A stretch of DNA of 62,483 nt. Origin: Octopus bimaculoides. Taxonomy: Eukaryota. The stretch's first letter is position 1. Every line of letters begins with the position of its first letter. Made by a program: the position numbers and the translations under genes. A model generated the notes under the pieces. It worked only from the letters and a program-made list of their open reading frames with translations, did not search any database and had not been told where the DNA came from. This document shows, piece after piece, positions 1-11,419 of the stretch. Where the stretch lies: NCBI RefSeq assembly GCF_001194135.2, contig NC_068983.1, positions 133,684,051 to 133,746,533 on the forward strand. Reading direction: 5' to 3'.

Positions 1-294
1 ATCCTTGATCAATTCTGTGAAGTGGGTGGAATTCTTCACGTATGATGTTGACTTTCCTGCTAATGGACTGATTATATCCACCAAGAAGCGGCTCAGTGGA
101 TGACATGCTGAACCTCTACAGAGAGGAAGTTGTCACAGATCTTGATCAAGAACAAGGATCACTTCACACCAATGAAGTACAGACAGCTGACTCAACACTA
201 CAGTAAACTACCACACATGTACGGTTTCCCTAAGATTCACAAGGAAGGTATTCCACTAAGACCTATAGTGAGCTGTAGAGGTTCAGCATGTCAT
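1..294. mobile_element. Penelope-like retroelement RT fragment, internally inverted
   Basis: Plus 121-294 encodes KLPHMYGFPKIHKEGIPLRPIVSCRGSACH (PLE-type PKIHK/LRPIVS motif). Minus 120->1 continues it as CRGSACHPLSRFLVDIISPLAGKSTSYVKNSTHFTELIKD. Confidence 0.8.
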
Positions 295-940
295 GAGTGT
301 ATTGTCTTAATATCTGCGATGAGGAATTACCATTGTTACACACTGAATTACTCGGACTAGATGTTAAAATCGCAACGTTTCCATTGTTGTATACTCCGAC
401 CTTCTTCGGGTGTCTGACGTACTTGGTAACCTTCATAATATTTCAAATGTAACCTTTTATTAAATCCATGAGGGCATATTGTCCTCATTCCATTATCCAT
501 ACGAAGGATATTCAACTTGTTATTCTCGACCTGTGGTGTCGCTTAGTTATTCCGCTTGAACTTAGAGCATGCATGCAGTTTCGTAAAACGCTTCCACCTT
601 TTCTTCCGACCCGGTTATTTACAAGAGATTGCTGGCCTTGTGCCACAATTTGAAACCAACATTTCGAACAAAGTGTAGATTAACGAAATCCGTATATCGC
701 ACGCCCTATTTTACGTACAATGCTTTTATTCCCACCATGCTTACAAAGGGAAGAAGGGAACTTACATTCACTAACTAAACTACTCCATTTAACATCTAAT
801 ACTTTGATCAATACTTATGTTCAAACTCCTATTGTCCAGTAGGACAATAAAGTAAGGAATATTACAAGCTTTAAACCTTATCATTTCCATGATCATGGGC
901 TTAATGATCTAAAGTTTCCCATATGGTTTTCATTTCTACA

Positions 941-2110
941 CTTAGTCTTAGTCTCTTAGGTCCTCCTGCGCGGTGTGACACATCGGGCGGCAAGGCTTCT
1001 CCAACATGGTCGGTCGGCCGCAGCGATTTCAGTTTCATCCCATGAAATGTCAATGGCTTTGAGGTTATCAATGAAGGTGCGGCGCCAAGTCGCTTTGGGT
1101 CGCCCTTGTTTTTTCTTGTCATGCGGCGGCTTCCGCAGAATGACGATTTGCGCATGCCTCGACGATGGTAATCAGAGGACATGGCCTGCGAATTGCAAGC
1201 GGCGCTCAATGATAACGTCATGGAGTGGACGGGTATCAGTTCATCGATGTATCTTGTCGTTGGTGATGTGGTCTTGGTATGATATTCGCAGTATCCACCG
1301 GAGGCATCGTAGCTGAAATACATTGAGCCTTCACGCGATCTTTGCCGATGTCTTCCACGTTCCCGCCGCCTATAGTGCCGATGGTATGACGATGCTGTTG
1401 AAGACGCGCACTTGGTGGAGATCACCCTGCCTTTCCAGATGGGTTTGAGTCATTGAAAGACAGCCGGGGCCTTCCCAATCCAGCAGGCAACGTCGCGTTC
1501 GACGTCTCCGTCGATGGCCACGACGCTGCCCAAATAGGTGAACTCATCAACTTCCTCGTTTTGGTGTTGTCCAATCATCAAGGGGACGCCATCGTTGTTC
1601 TCATCGACATATCCAATCCTCGTGATCTTCGTCTAGTTTGTACTTATGCGGAGTCCGATCTTGGCCGCATCCCGTTCTAATCTCTGTCATTGTGCGAATG
1701 ACATTCTTTGTCGGTCCGAGGGGCGGGATTTTATCGGTGAAGTCGAGGTCAGCCAGGTGCTCCGACCCACACCTCGGAATCCCAAACCCATATGATGACG
1801 TCGATCACCATAAAAAATAGAAGAAGGGATAGAATGCACCCTTGCCGTACACCGGTCTCAATGGCAAAGTAGTCGGTGAAGCCCGTCTCCGTTCGAACAC
1901 AGCACCTAGACTCGCGGTAAAGGTTCCGGAAGGCGTCGACGAAACACTCGAGAATGCCGAAGTTACGAAATCCGGTGTACGCTATCGAATGCCTTGACAA
2001 AATCAATGAAAATGATTGATTGTCGTTGCTGATATTCCAGGCTTTGTTCGATAATGTTGCGCAACGTGAAGGTTTGTTCATTCCACGACCGTCCGCATCG
2101 AAAACCAACT
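941..2110 (-). mobile_element. RTE-clade LINE, 5'-truncated and degraded (RT C-terminal half plus tail)
   Basis: Minus frames give ETGVRQGCILSLLLF, LADLDFTDK (degenerate FADD), FTYLGSVV and WDETEIAAADRPCWRSLAARC, followed by a short (ACTAAG)n tail near 941-960. Confidence 0.85.
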
Positions 2111-2334
2111 AAAAAGTTTATCAAAGCCCAGCATATGCTCTAATTCTTTCATATGCTCTAATTATTTTCTCGTGTTGTTCCCCATCTACGATCTTCTACA
2201 AAGATTTCTGACTTTTCTTTTCCCTCCTCAAATGGTTGTCTTTGTCTTATTTTACTTACCTCTCTACAGATTACGCTTAACAATGTTTCTCCAGCCTTAT
2301 TTAAGTGGCTTCGCTTTCATATTTCCAACTACGA

Positions 2335-2420
2335 TTACATAGTACCAGTTGAATACTGGGACCGATGTAATCGACTTATCCCCTATCCTGAGATTTCTGG
2401 CCTTGTACCAATATTTCGAA
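2335..2420 (+). mobile_element. SINE family B 3' fragment
   Basis: AGTACCAGTTGAATACTGGGACCGATGTAATCGAC...GGCCTTGTACCAATATTTCGAA matches the 3' half of the copy at 49726-49926. Confidence 0.6.
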
Positions 2421-3310
2421 CAAAATGTAGATTAACGAAATCCGTATATATTGTACGCTCAATTTTACCGTAGCAACCCAAACATATACTAACAAGAGAC
2501 GCTCAAGATCATTTCTCACCTGAATGTGAAGTAAGCGTATGTGTAGGAATGCATGTGTTTTTGTATATATTTTTGCAGACATGGAAAAGCATAGTTAAAT
2601 ACTCAGTAAAACATTAGCTTTATATGATGGAAGTAAGAAGTAAATAGAGTTAATTTCAATATACCTTACTGATCTTCAATTTTCAGTCTATGGCAACTTT
2701 CGGTCACGTACCAAACAACATATAAGCGGTTGTTATAAAGTTAGTTCATTATTCATTATGCATTATTCATCTAAATTACATTCGCACCAGATATAGAAGG
2801 GGGGTTTTTATTAGATAATTTATCTAACACACTATATATTCTTTTTTTTATATTTCACTTAGAATTATTGATTTTAAAACGTCTTTAAAATCGATAAATA
2901 TATCAGCGAATACATTGATGTAATACGTCAAAAACAAAAACAGTATCTCCATAGGAAAAAACGTATTCTTTATCTTAGGTAAATGAACTGCTTTATAAAA
3001 ATTATTGATGCGGTAAGCAGTGAGTTTGATGTTATGTTCTTTAGAGAAAATTTCAGTTTTTAACCGATACTGCGTCAGGAATTAAAATATATTACATATA
3101 TTGGACAGATGTAAATAACTTTTTTGACCAGTGTTTATTAATATACTTTATATATATATGTCTTATGCAAACACACACACACACACAGATATCTATATGT
3201 ATATATATACATATATTTATATGCATATACATAAATAGAAAGAGAGAGATAAGAGAGAGAGAATAGAATGGAAAGATACACAGGATTTGTGTGTATTTTG
3301 TCAGCAGGTA

Positions 3311-3710
3311 CAGCCTTGGCCAAAAGTATTAGGCCACCACAATGTTTTGGGGTTCTGCTATCTCAATGTTAATGAAACTCGTGCACATGGTAGATTATGG
3401 TATATTTCACAATATACATTAGTTTTAATATCTGGTTGACCCACTTTTAGCATCAATTACCACTTTTATACTGTACTGTATATATGCAACCAATTATGAG
3501 TAAGGCCAACGTCCAAAATGAACTTATGTTTCCTTGATTATTTCAGAGTTTTATGCTAAAATGAATTGTAGATACAGTTACTAAACAAAAAAAAACGCCT
3601 AAAACAAGGGAGTTGAGAGAGTGTGAGCGAGGTCAAATCGTAGCTCATCATGAAGACGGAATGTCTCAAAGGAAAATTGCTCAGAAGATGAAATGTTCTC
3701 AATGTGCGGT
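3311..3710 (+). mobile_element. Tc1-like DNA transposon, 5' end only
   Basis: TA then CAGCCTTGGCCAAAAGTATTAGGCCACC (Tc1-type TIR). HTH N-terminus (ACG)PKTRELRECERGQIVAHHEDGMSQRKIAQKMKCSQCAV from 3595, cut off by a microsatellite. Confidence 0.75.

Positions 3711-3790
<80 letters not shown>
3711..3790. repeat. (CAG)n(TAG)n compound microsatellite
   Basis: Read directly from the sequence. Confidence 0.95.
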
Positions 3791-6496
3791 TCATTTTATT
3801 GTCTTTGCACAGCTTCTAACGCTGGAGATGTACTACGGTGTCAGCTGTTCACTACCAGTGAACTAAGGTAACACCCCTTATTTTTCGAGCACCATCCGGA
3901 GTATTCGAGCGGTTCCAAGCAGTGCTATTTTCTGCAAGTGTTCTACCCTTATTGCAGCCCCTATTTGTTCCATGTACTTCTCAAAATTTTTACTCATTGT
4001 TCTCAGGGCTCCGACAATTATTGGTACTACTACTACCACCTTTTTCATCGACTACAATTGCTTAACCTCCCAAGCCAACATGTATCTATCGACTTTTTGT
4101 CCTCCTTATCACATACCTTGTTGTCAGCTGGGCATGCTATATCTATGATCCAGCATAGTTTGCTTTCTTTCTCAATTAATACTATGTCTGGCTTCCTATT
4201 CTCTATCTCATGGTTGCACTGAATCATATAAACCCACAGGATCTTTGCATTATCATTTTCGATGATGTTTTCGGTTTATGTTCGTACCACTTTTTTGCTC
4301 TGTCGAGCCCATACTTGTTGTAAAGTGTCCATTGGACAATCCTTGCTATATTATCATGACGTCTCTTATATTCTTTCTAAGCTAGTGGTGTACATTGACT
4401 GGTAATATGTCATACGGTTTCACCATTTTGTCCACAAATTATGTACTTGTCACTTTCTGATGTGTTGTCTATTGTGTTTGATGTAGTTCGTTCTTAATGA
4501 TTGCTCTTGGACAGCACAGGTTAGAACCTCCGTTTCCGGTTTTAAATCACTTTTTGTTGTCCGTAGCCATCTTTTTTCTCTGTCCGTCTTATCTTCAACA
4601 TCCCTATGAAATTGTCCATGCATTCTTTTCTTTTTTTCCATCTATTTTCAGTTTCATTCATTCTCAAGTGCTTGTACAGTGCTTTATCTTTGCAATCTTC
4701 CATCCTACACAACTCTGACCTTCTTATTTCCAACAATAGCGGTTCTGTGACATTTTTTACATACCATGCTATGTTGTTTTCTTCTACTCTAATGCTGTGT
4801 TCGCATCTAATCAGTCCTCTTCCTCCTCTTTTTCTTGGTGCATACAGTCTGTATGTGTCACTTTTTGGGTGGAGTATCCCATATCTATTCAACAACTTCC
4901 TTGTCTTTCGATCTAAGCTGTTTAGGTCGTCTACTGTCCATACGATTACCCCTGCTCCATATCTAAGGAGTGAAACTGCCCAGCTGTTAATAACTTCAAT
5001 CTTATTCCGTCCGTTTAATTTCGACTTAAGGATCAGTCTCATTCTGCGCAAGTACTCTACCTTAAATTTTTCTGTCATTTCTTTCTCCATCAATTTATCC
5101 ATTTCCAATGTCCCCAAGTACCTATAGCCCGTCTCTTCTATCTGCTTCATAACGTCTGCCGATAGTATCCACAGTCCGTCCATACATTTAATTTTGCCTC
5201 TCTTCAAGACTAACACATCACACTTTTTCATTCCGAACTCCATTCTGATATCAGCACTGAAGGTATACCCCGTATCAACGTGGGAACTGACTTGGGATTC
5301 GTCTTTACTATAACGTTTGAGGTCATCCATGATTAACAAGTGGTTGACTTTTTGTTGGCAGCTTTTGATGTCAGAATCAGTGTTAGTGCTATCTTGCACA
5401 GTTCAAAGATCAGTGGGGACAAGCAGTCATCTTGGAAGATGCCTCTCTTGATTTCTATTGTCCCTAAACTTCTTCCATGTGTTGTCAGTTCCATCCCCCA
5501 CTTCGCCATACTTTTTCCAAGCAATCGCTCAACATTCGATGTCATACCAAACAGGTTCATATATTCCATAATCCAAGAATGTGGGATCATGTCGTACGCC
5601 TTACGATAATCGATCCATGACATGGCTAACTTAGTTTTCCTCCTCTTGCAGTCTCTGAGTACAGTTTTGTCTACTGGGAGTTGATCTTTGGTACCTCTGC
5701 AATCACGCTTGCATCCCTTCTGCTTATGTGGCAGGACTCTATTTTGCTTTTTGTTTTGCTTTTTGTTGTTGTTTTTTTGTTTTTTCAGATGTCCGTACAT
5801 TGACTCTGCGACTATTCCAGTCAGTAACTTCTACATAAGTGGCAAGCAGGATATCGGCCTGTAATTGTCTACTGCGTTGCCTTCGTCGATGTTTTTCAAG
5901 CGCAGCGTTGTCCTACCCGTTGTCAACCACTCTGGTGTTACTTGGTCAGCATTTAACAAGGTGTTGAGTTGTGCAGCTATTCGTGCATGACATTCACCAA
6001 ATCTTTTCATCCAGTAGCCTTGAACTCCATCTGGTCCCGGAGCCTTCTTATTGCCCATTTTTTTGCTGATTTCTTTCACTTCCCTAACTGAAATAGCCAG
6101 TTCTGCCTGTTTTGGACAGACTACTGTTTGTTTCAGTTCTTGCAACCATTCAACATCCTTCTTGTGCTCCTTGTGTTTGCTCTAAATGTCACTCCAAAAC
6201 CTTTAACTTTCAATGTTATCTGGTATCAACTTCTCATCTGTACACTCTCCATTTATTTCTTTGTAGAATCTCTTCTGATCTACTCTGAATAACCTATTCT
6301 GCTGGTATCCCTTCATTCTTTGGTCGTATCTTACCATCTTTACTTTCTTTGCTACGAAGCGTTGTTTCAGTTCTTTCATTACCACTTTCAGGCTCTTTCA
6401 ATATCATGCTTCCTGCTCAGTGACCTGCATTTTTGTTTGCTTTTAAGCTCCCGGTCCTCTTTTCGGTCTAACAAAGTGTCCTACGAGAGCATATCT
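3790..6496 (-). mobile_element. R4/Dong-like non-LTR retrotransposon (RT + CCHC + restriction-like endonuclease), frameshifted, 5' part lost in a gap
   Basis: Minus frames: [90 protein letters not shown] and LQKIALLGTARILRMVLEK* (stop 3878-3880). The 3' UTR ends AATAAAATGAT(ACT)n. Confidence 0.88.
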
Positions 6497-6663
6497 NNNN
6501 NNNNNNNNNNNNNNNNNNNNNNNNNNNNNNNNNNNNNNNNNNNNNNNNNNNNNNNNNNNNNNNNNNNNNNNNNNNNNNNNNNNNNNNNNNNNNNNNNNNN
6601 NNNNNNNNNNNNNNNNNNNNNNNNNNNNNNNNNNNNNNNNNNNGGTGGTTGTGGTGGTGGTGT

Positions 6664-7511
6664 TTGTTACTTTTAATCTGCATATTTGTTATAATCACTT
6701 GCCGAGATACATCCAACATCCTAAGGCGAGTGAAGGATAAGAGATGCTACAGTATGACTGAAAATTTGGCGAGGGGAAGTGGCAGGGGTAGTAGCGAAAT
6801 ATCTTCATGTAATTCAACACAGACATGTAAATGGACTGAGATTTTCTAAGGATGTGGGCAGTACTTATCAGCAGTCTTTTGGATTTCTGTAAGACATGGT
6901 TCTCCTGGGATATTATCTAGATGTTTCTGACATCATTTTCTTATCAAACTTATGGCACCTACAATAACAGGAGTAGTTCTCGCTTTAAGATGCCACATCT
7001 TTTGTATTTCAATTTCTAGGTCCTTATATTTACTTAATTTGTTAAATTCCTTTACAGATATAATTTTGTCAGTGGGAACACATCTATTAGTCGACAAGTA
7101 TTTCCTTCTAACCTTTAATAACTATGTCTGGTCGATTAGCCTGGATCGTTCTGTCGGTGTTGATTGGAAAATCCCAGAGGATAGTAACATTTTTACCTTT
7201 AACGACTGGCTCAGGGTGATGTTCAGGAGTGCTAATTTTATAATGTTTATATATTTTCCAATGTAAAAACTATTCTACCCTATCGTGGCGAGTTTTGTAT
7301 TCGTTTGGTATCAGCACAGGACAACCCGAGATGGTCTATTGTTTCATCAAATGTATCGCAGAATCTGCATTTAGGGTCAGAACCGTTTTGAAGAACGTTA
7401 GCCTGGTAGTTTTTGTAAGCAAGATTTGATCTTGTGCCGCTAATATGAAACCTTCAATTTCTTCTTTCAATCCTGGGCTTCTCAGCCACTGTTGGGATGT
7501 TGTTTGGTCTA

Positions 7512-7512
<1 letters not shown>
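6664..7512 (-). mobile_element. Second R4/Dong-like element, 3' fragment (RLE domain + 3' UTR)
   Basis: SQQWLRSPGLKEEIEGFILAAQDQ, YKTRHDRV, ILWDFPINTDRTIQANRPDIVIK and KYKDLEIEIQKMWHLKARTTPVIVGA. Different family from 3790-6496. Confidence 0.8.

Positions 7513-7598
<86 letters not shown>
7513..7598. repeat. (TTA)n microsatellite
   Basis: Read directly from the sequence. Confidence 0.95.
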
Positions 7599-8010
7599 CC
7601 TCTTTCAAGACCTGTTGTCATAGGTGCCCCAGGAATTATAGCAAAGGTGGCTAATTGTTACCTGACTCAGATGCCAGGAAATCCGAAAATGGTATATATT
7701 CAAAAAACAGTGCTCATGAGAACTGATCATATCCTGCGAAAAATATTATCTATGTAATCTCGAAACATTTTAATCTCTGAACATTATCAAAAGTACTTTT
7801 AAATGTACATAATAGCAAATACCTTTGACTGTCATCTTAAGATCTCACTATCATCTCATCATCAGATTACTTTTAAAACAAACTTTTATAATATATATAC
7901 ATTGACAGACATTTGCTACAAGACACTGTACAAAACCAAAAATATGACACCCTAGTCATAATACCAACTTGAACTTCTAACTTGTCTCTTGAGGTCTCTG
8001 GGTGAGACCT
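7599..8010 (+). mobile_element. Third R4/Dong-like element, extreme 3' fragment
   Basis: PVVIGAPGIIAK...IQKTVLMRTDHILRKILSM* (stop 7755-7757) resembles the C-terminus of the neighbouring copies. 3' UTR extent is approximate. Confidence 0.7.
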
Positions 8011-8108
8011 CAACTTGAGCAGGGGCGGAGCAACAGGAGGAGGAGCAGGAGCAGGAGCAGGAAGAGGAGCACGAAGAGGAGCACGAAGAGGAGCATGAGG
8101 ACCAAGAG

Positions 8109-8218
8109 GGTAGAAATTTCTTACATGAAGTCAAAAATATTTCCAGAAGAGCATAGTCGACTCTAATGCCTTGACTAGTTTCTACCTTCATAGATTCGCC
8201 GTCTAATTGTAAGATAGT

Positions 8219-8306
<88 letters not shown>

Positions 8307-8657
8307 CGACGACGATGATGATTTTGNNNNNNNNNNNNNNNNNNNNNNNNNNNNNNNNNNNNNNNNNNNNNNNNNNNNNNNNNNNNNNNNNNNNNNNNNN
8401 NNNNNNNNNNNNNNNNNNNNNNNNNNNNNNNNNNNNNNNNNNNNNNNNNNNNNNNNNNNNNNNNNNNNNNNNNNNNNNNNNNNNNNNNNNNNNNNNNNNN
8501 NNNNNNNNNNNNNNNNNNNNNNNNNNNNNNNNNNNNNNNNNNNNNNNGGTAGAAATTTCTTACATGAAGTCAAAAATATTTCCAGAAGAGCATAGTCGAC
8601 TCTAATGCCTTGACTAGTTTCTACCTTCATAGATTCGCCGTCTAATTGTAAGATAGT

Positions 8658-8745
<88 letters not shown>

Positions 8746-8765
8746 CGACGACGATGATGATTTTG
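8109..8765 (+). repeat. 218-bp segment including (GAT)n, duplicated on both sides of an N-gap
   Basis: 8109-8326 and 8548-8765 read identically and flank gap 8327-8547. Likely an uncollapsed contig overlap. Confidence 0.85.
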
Positions 8766-9049
8766 ACTGACACTTGATCGAAACCTCTCTGCCTGGTGGC
8801 TAGGAGGTTCAGAGACCAGATAACATCAGTTTCACACTGCAACCACTCTAGGTAACGATATTTGAACGTATTTTGAACACTTTAATGACAATATCTACTC
8901 TGGAAAATGGCAGCTGTAATAGAGGAGACAACAACAAGGATAATACTTACCATCTTGTGGAAATGTCAGCAAAGTATTTAGAAAATGACTTCTATGAATG
9001 ATGATGATGATGGATCCTACATCAGTCTCAACGAAGAACATTCAGTTAT

Positions 9050-9170
9050 TCGATCAACACAACTCATATTCATTAAATTAACACGTGAGTGGTTGAATGT
9101 TCCACATATATGGGAACTCTTAACGTAATTCTCGGGTCAATACAGTGTGATACAAAATGTGACTAAGCCG
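9050..9170 (-). mobile_element. Degraded fragment of SINE family C
   Basis: Resembles 15190-15280 (GTGGTTGAATGTTCCAC...CTCTTAACGTAATTCTCGGG). Confidence 0.45.
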
Positions 9171-9536
9171 AACCCTGAACTAAATCTATAATCCATCCAA
9201 TTGGCTTCCGCATAATTTCTTTTAACTCAATTTCGCTCACAAGTTTCTCTTTTTCTATTTTTTTTTTCTGTCGACATGAGGCAATGATAAATACAATTGC
9301 TCATGATACATTGCCATAAGATCAAGTTTTCTATGATTAAAAAGAAATAAAGAAGGTAACAAAAGAGCGGCAGATGTGGAAATGAAAGTAGGAACTTTTA
9401 AATGGGCAGAAAAATATTCTGGAAATGAAATCGTGCCTTACCTAAGAATCTGGTGAAATATTTTTGACAAAGAAATTATGAGGAAAGTATGAAGAAAAAA
9501 AACTGATACCGCATGGTTTGATATCAAAAAGTGATA

Positions 9537-10068
9537 GGAGTGGCTGTGTGGTATTGTATATTTAAAATTGTTAATATTTAATCGATACAGCTACTTCACA
9601 CCTTTTATGTTTGTCTGTCCTTGTTCGTCCCCTCTTTGTAATGCTTTTATGGAAAATATTTATGAAATAAAGTAGCTTGTTTACCAACCACATGGTTCTG
9701 GGTTCAGTCCCACTGCGTGGCACCTTGGGCAAGTGTCTTCTACTATATATAGCCTCGGGTCGACCAAAGTCTTGTGAGTGGATTTGGTAGACGGAAACTG
9801 AAAGAAGCCCGTCGTATATATGTATATATATGTATATGTATGTGTGTGTGTATATCTTTGTGTGTATGTGTTTGTCCTCCTAACATCGCTTGACAACCGA
9901 TGCTGGTGTGTTTACATCCCCGTAACTTAGCGGTTCGGCAAAAGAGACCGATAGAATAAGTACTAGGCTTACAAAGAATAAGTCCTAGGGTCGATTTGCT
10001 CGACTAAAGGCGGTACTGCAGCATGGTCGCAGTCAAATGACTGAAATAAGTAAAAGAGTAAAAGAGTA
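9537..10068 (+). mobile_element. tRNA-derived SINE family A, full length, with 117-bp insertion at 9554-9670
   Basis: A-box-like TGGCTGTGTGGTA, B-box-like GGTTCAGTCCC, CACCTTGGGCAAGTGTCTTC core, central TA/TG tract, and 3' GCATGGTCGCAGTCAAATGACTGAAA(TAAAAGAG)n. About ten further copies occur in the window. Confidence 0.9.
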
Positions 10069-10404
10069 TAGTTAAATTATTCCGGATTATAAATGGAGAG
10101 TTATTTCAGAAAGTTTTGAAATATTACATTGTCACGTCAAATCTCATTTATAAGCTATTTATGGAGTGAATATCATCTAGTCGATATTTTTCAATACCTA
10201 TATGAAAACTAGTTCTGAATTTAAAAGACGCAAAATTCTATTGTTCTTCATCGTTTTTAAGACTCAAATATTAAGATATTAGAAGATCTCCAGGTTATTG
10301 TGCGACACACTTTAATGGTGCCAATATCTCTCTAAAGTAAAATAACTATTCCTTGAAATTTCTTTATAATACATTTTTTGACATTTATATCAACTATAAC
10401 ATTT

Positions 10405-10515
10405 GATTGGTACTTATTATATATATCCTGGCGGTGTTGAATAGTAGGGCTGATCGAACTGGATGTTTATTCAGAACGTAAAGGATCGTAGTAAATATCA
10501 CAAAACATTTTGTTC
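10405..10515 (-). mobile_element. Degraded SINE family B fragment
   Basis: TTGGTACTTATT...TTCAGAACGTAAAG resembles the reverse complement of 49726-49926. Confidence 0.4.
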
Positions 10516-11040
10516 CTTTTCTGAATATTTTTCAGTTGTTTACGCAATTTCAGTTTCAAAACGTCAACTTAATATCAACCCTATCTTAATTTCAGAATTG
10601 TTTCTTTCATCTGTGTTGAGTCAGTGAGTCCATTCCTCAGATATTTTGCGCAGGTAGGGTTAATTGCTAGGCTGTTCTCTCCACCGCAATTATCATTGCC
10701 GACAAAAGTGATGGAATGAGAGGGGGGGGAGCGAGAGAAAGAAAGAAATATTTATGAGTTTTGACTACAAATATGTTGTTAACATTGTTGCCTTATTAGT
10801 ACATTTGATGACGCAGTAATTTGAAGGTAATGATATCCGTGCCGATGGTTTGATTTCTTAGAATACCAGTTTCCATGATGGGTCTAAATCTAAAAAACAA
10901 ACAGCCAATTCAAGCTGTTTAATTCGTATAAAATTACATAGTAATTATGCAATATAATCAGCAAACAAGTACATGGGTAACATTAGAGATTTAGACGTGT
11001 GAACGTGTGTATGTATGTATGTATGTGCGTGTATGTTGGT

Positions 11041-11078
<38 letters not shown>

Positions 11079-11419
11079 NNNNNNNNNNNNNNNNNNNNNN
11101 NNNNNNNNNNNNNNNNNNNNNNNNNNNNNNNNNNNNNNNNNNNNNNNNNNNNNNNNNNNNNNNNNNNNNNNNNNNNNNNNNNNNNNNNNNNNNNNNNNNN
11201 NNNNNNNNNNNNNNNNNNNNNNNNNNNNNNNNNNNNNNNNNNNNNNNNNNNNNNNNNNNNNNNNNNNNNNNNNNNNNNNNNNNNNNNNNNNNNNNNNNNN
11301 NNNNNNNNNNNNNNNNNNNNNNNNNNNNNNNNNNNNNTGTTTTTTTATATATATAGGAGCGAGTGAATATATATATTTGTGCATGCATATATGCAACAAA
11401 GATCTATCATTGGCTCTTT

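Noticed and set aside
4606-5127. 173-aa hydrophobic plus-strand ORF as a membrane protein
   Set aside because: It is the antisense shadow of the R4-like RT frame.
8109-8765. 218-bp direct duplication as a biological tandem repeat
   Set aside because: The copies are identical and sit exactly on both sides of an N-gap, typical of an unmerged contig overlap. Long reads would settle it.
7336-8842. Poly-N/Y/L/M/S/I ORFs
   Set aside because: They are translations of triplet microsatellites and gaps.
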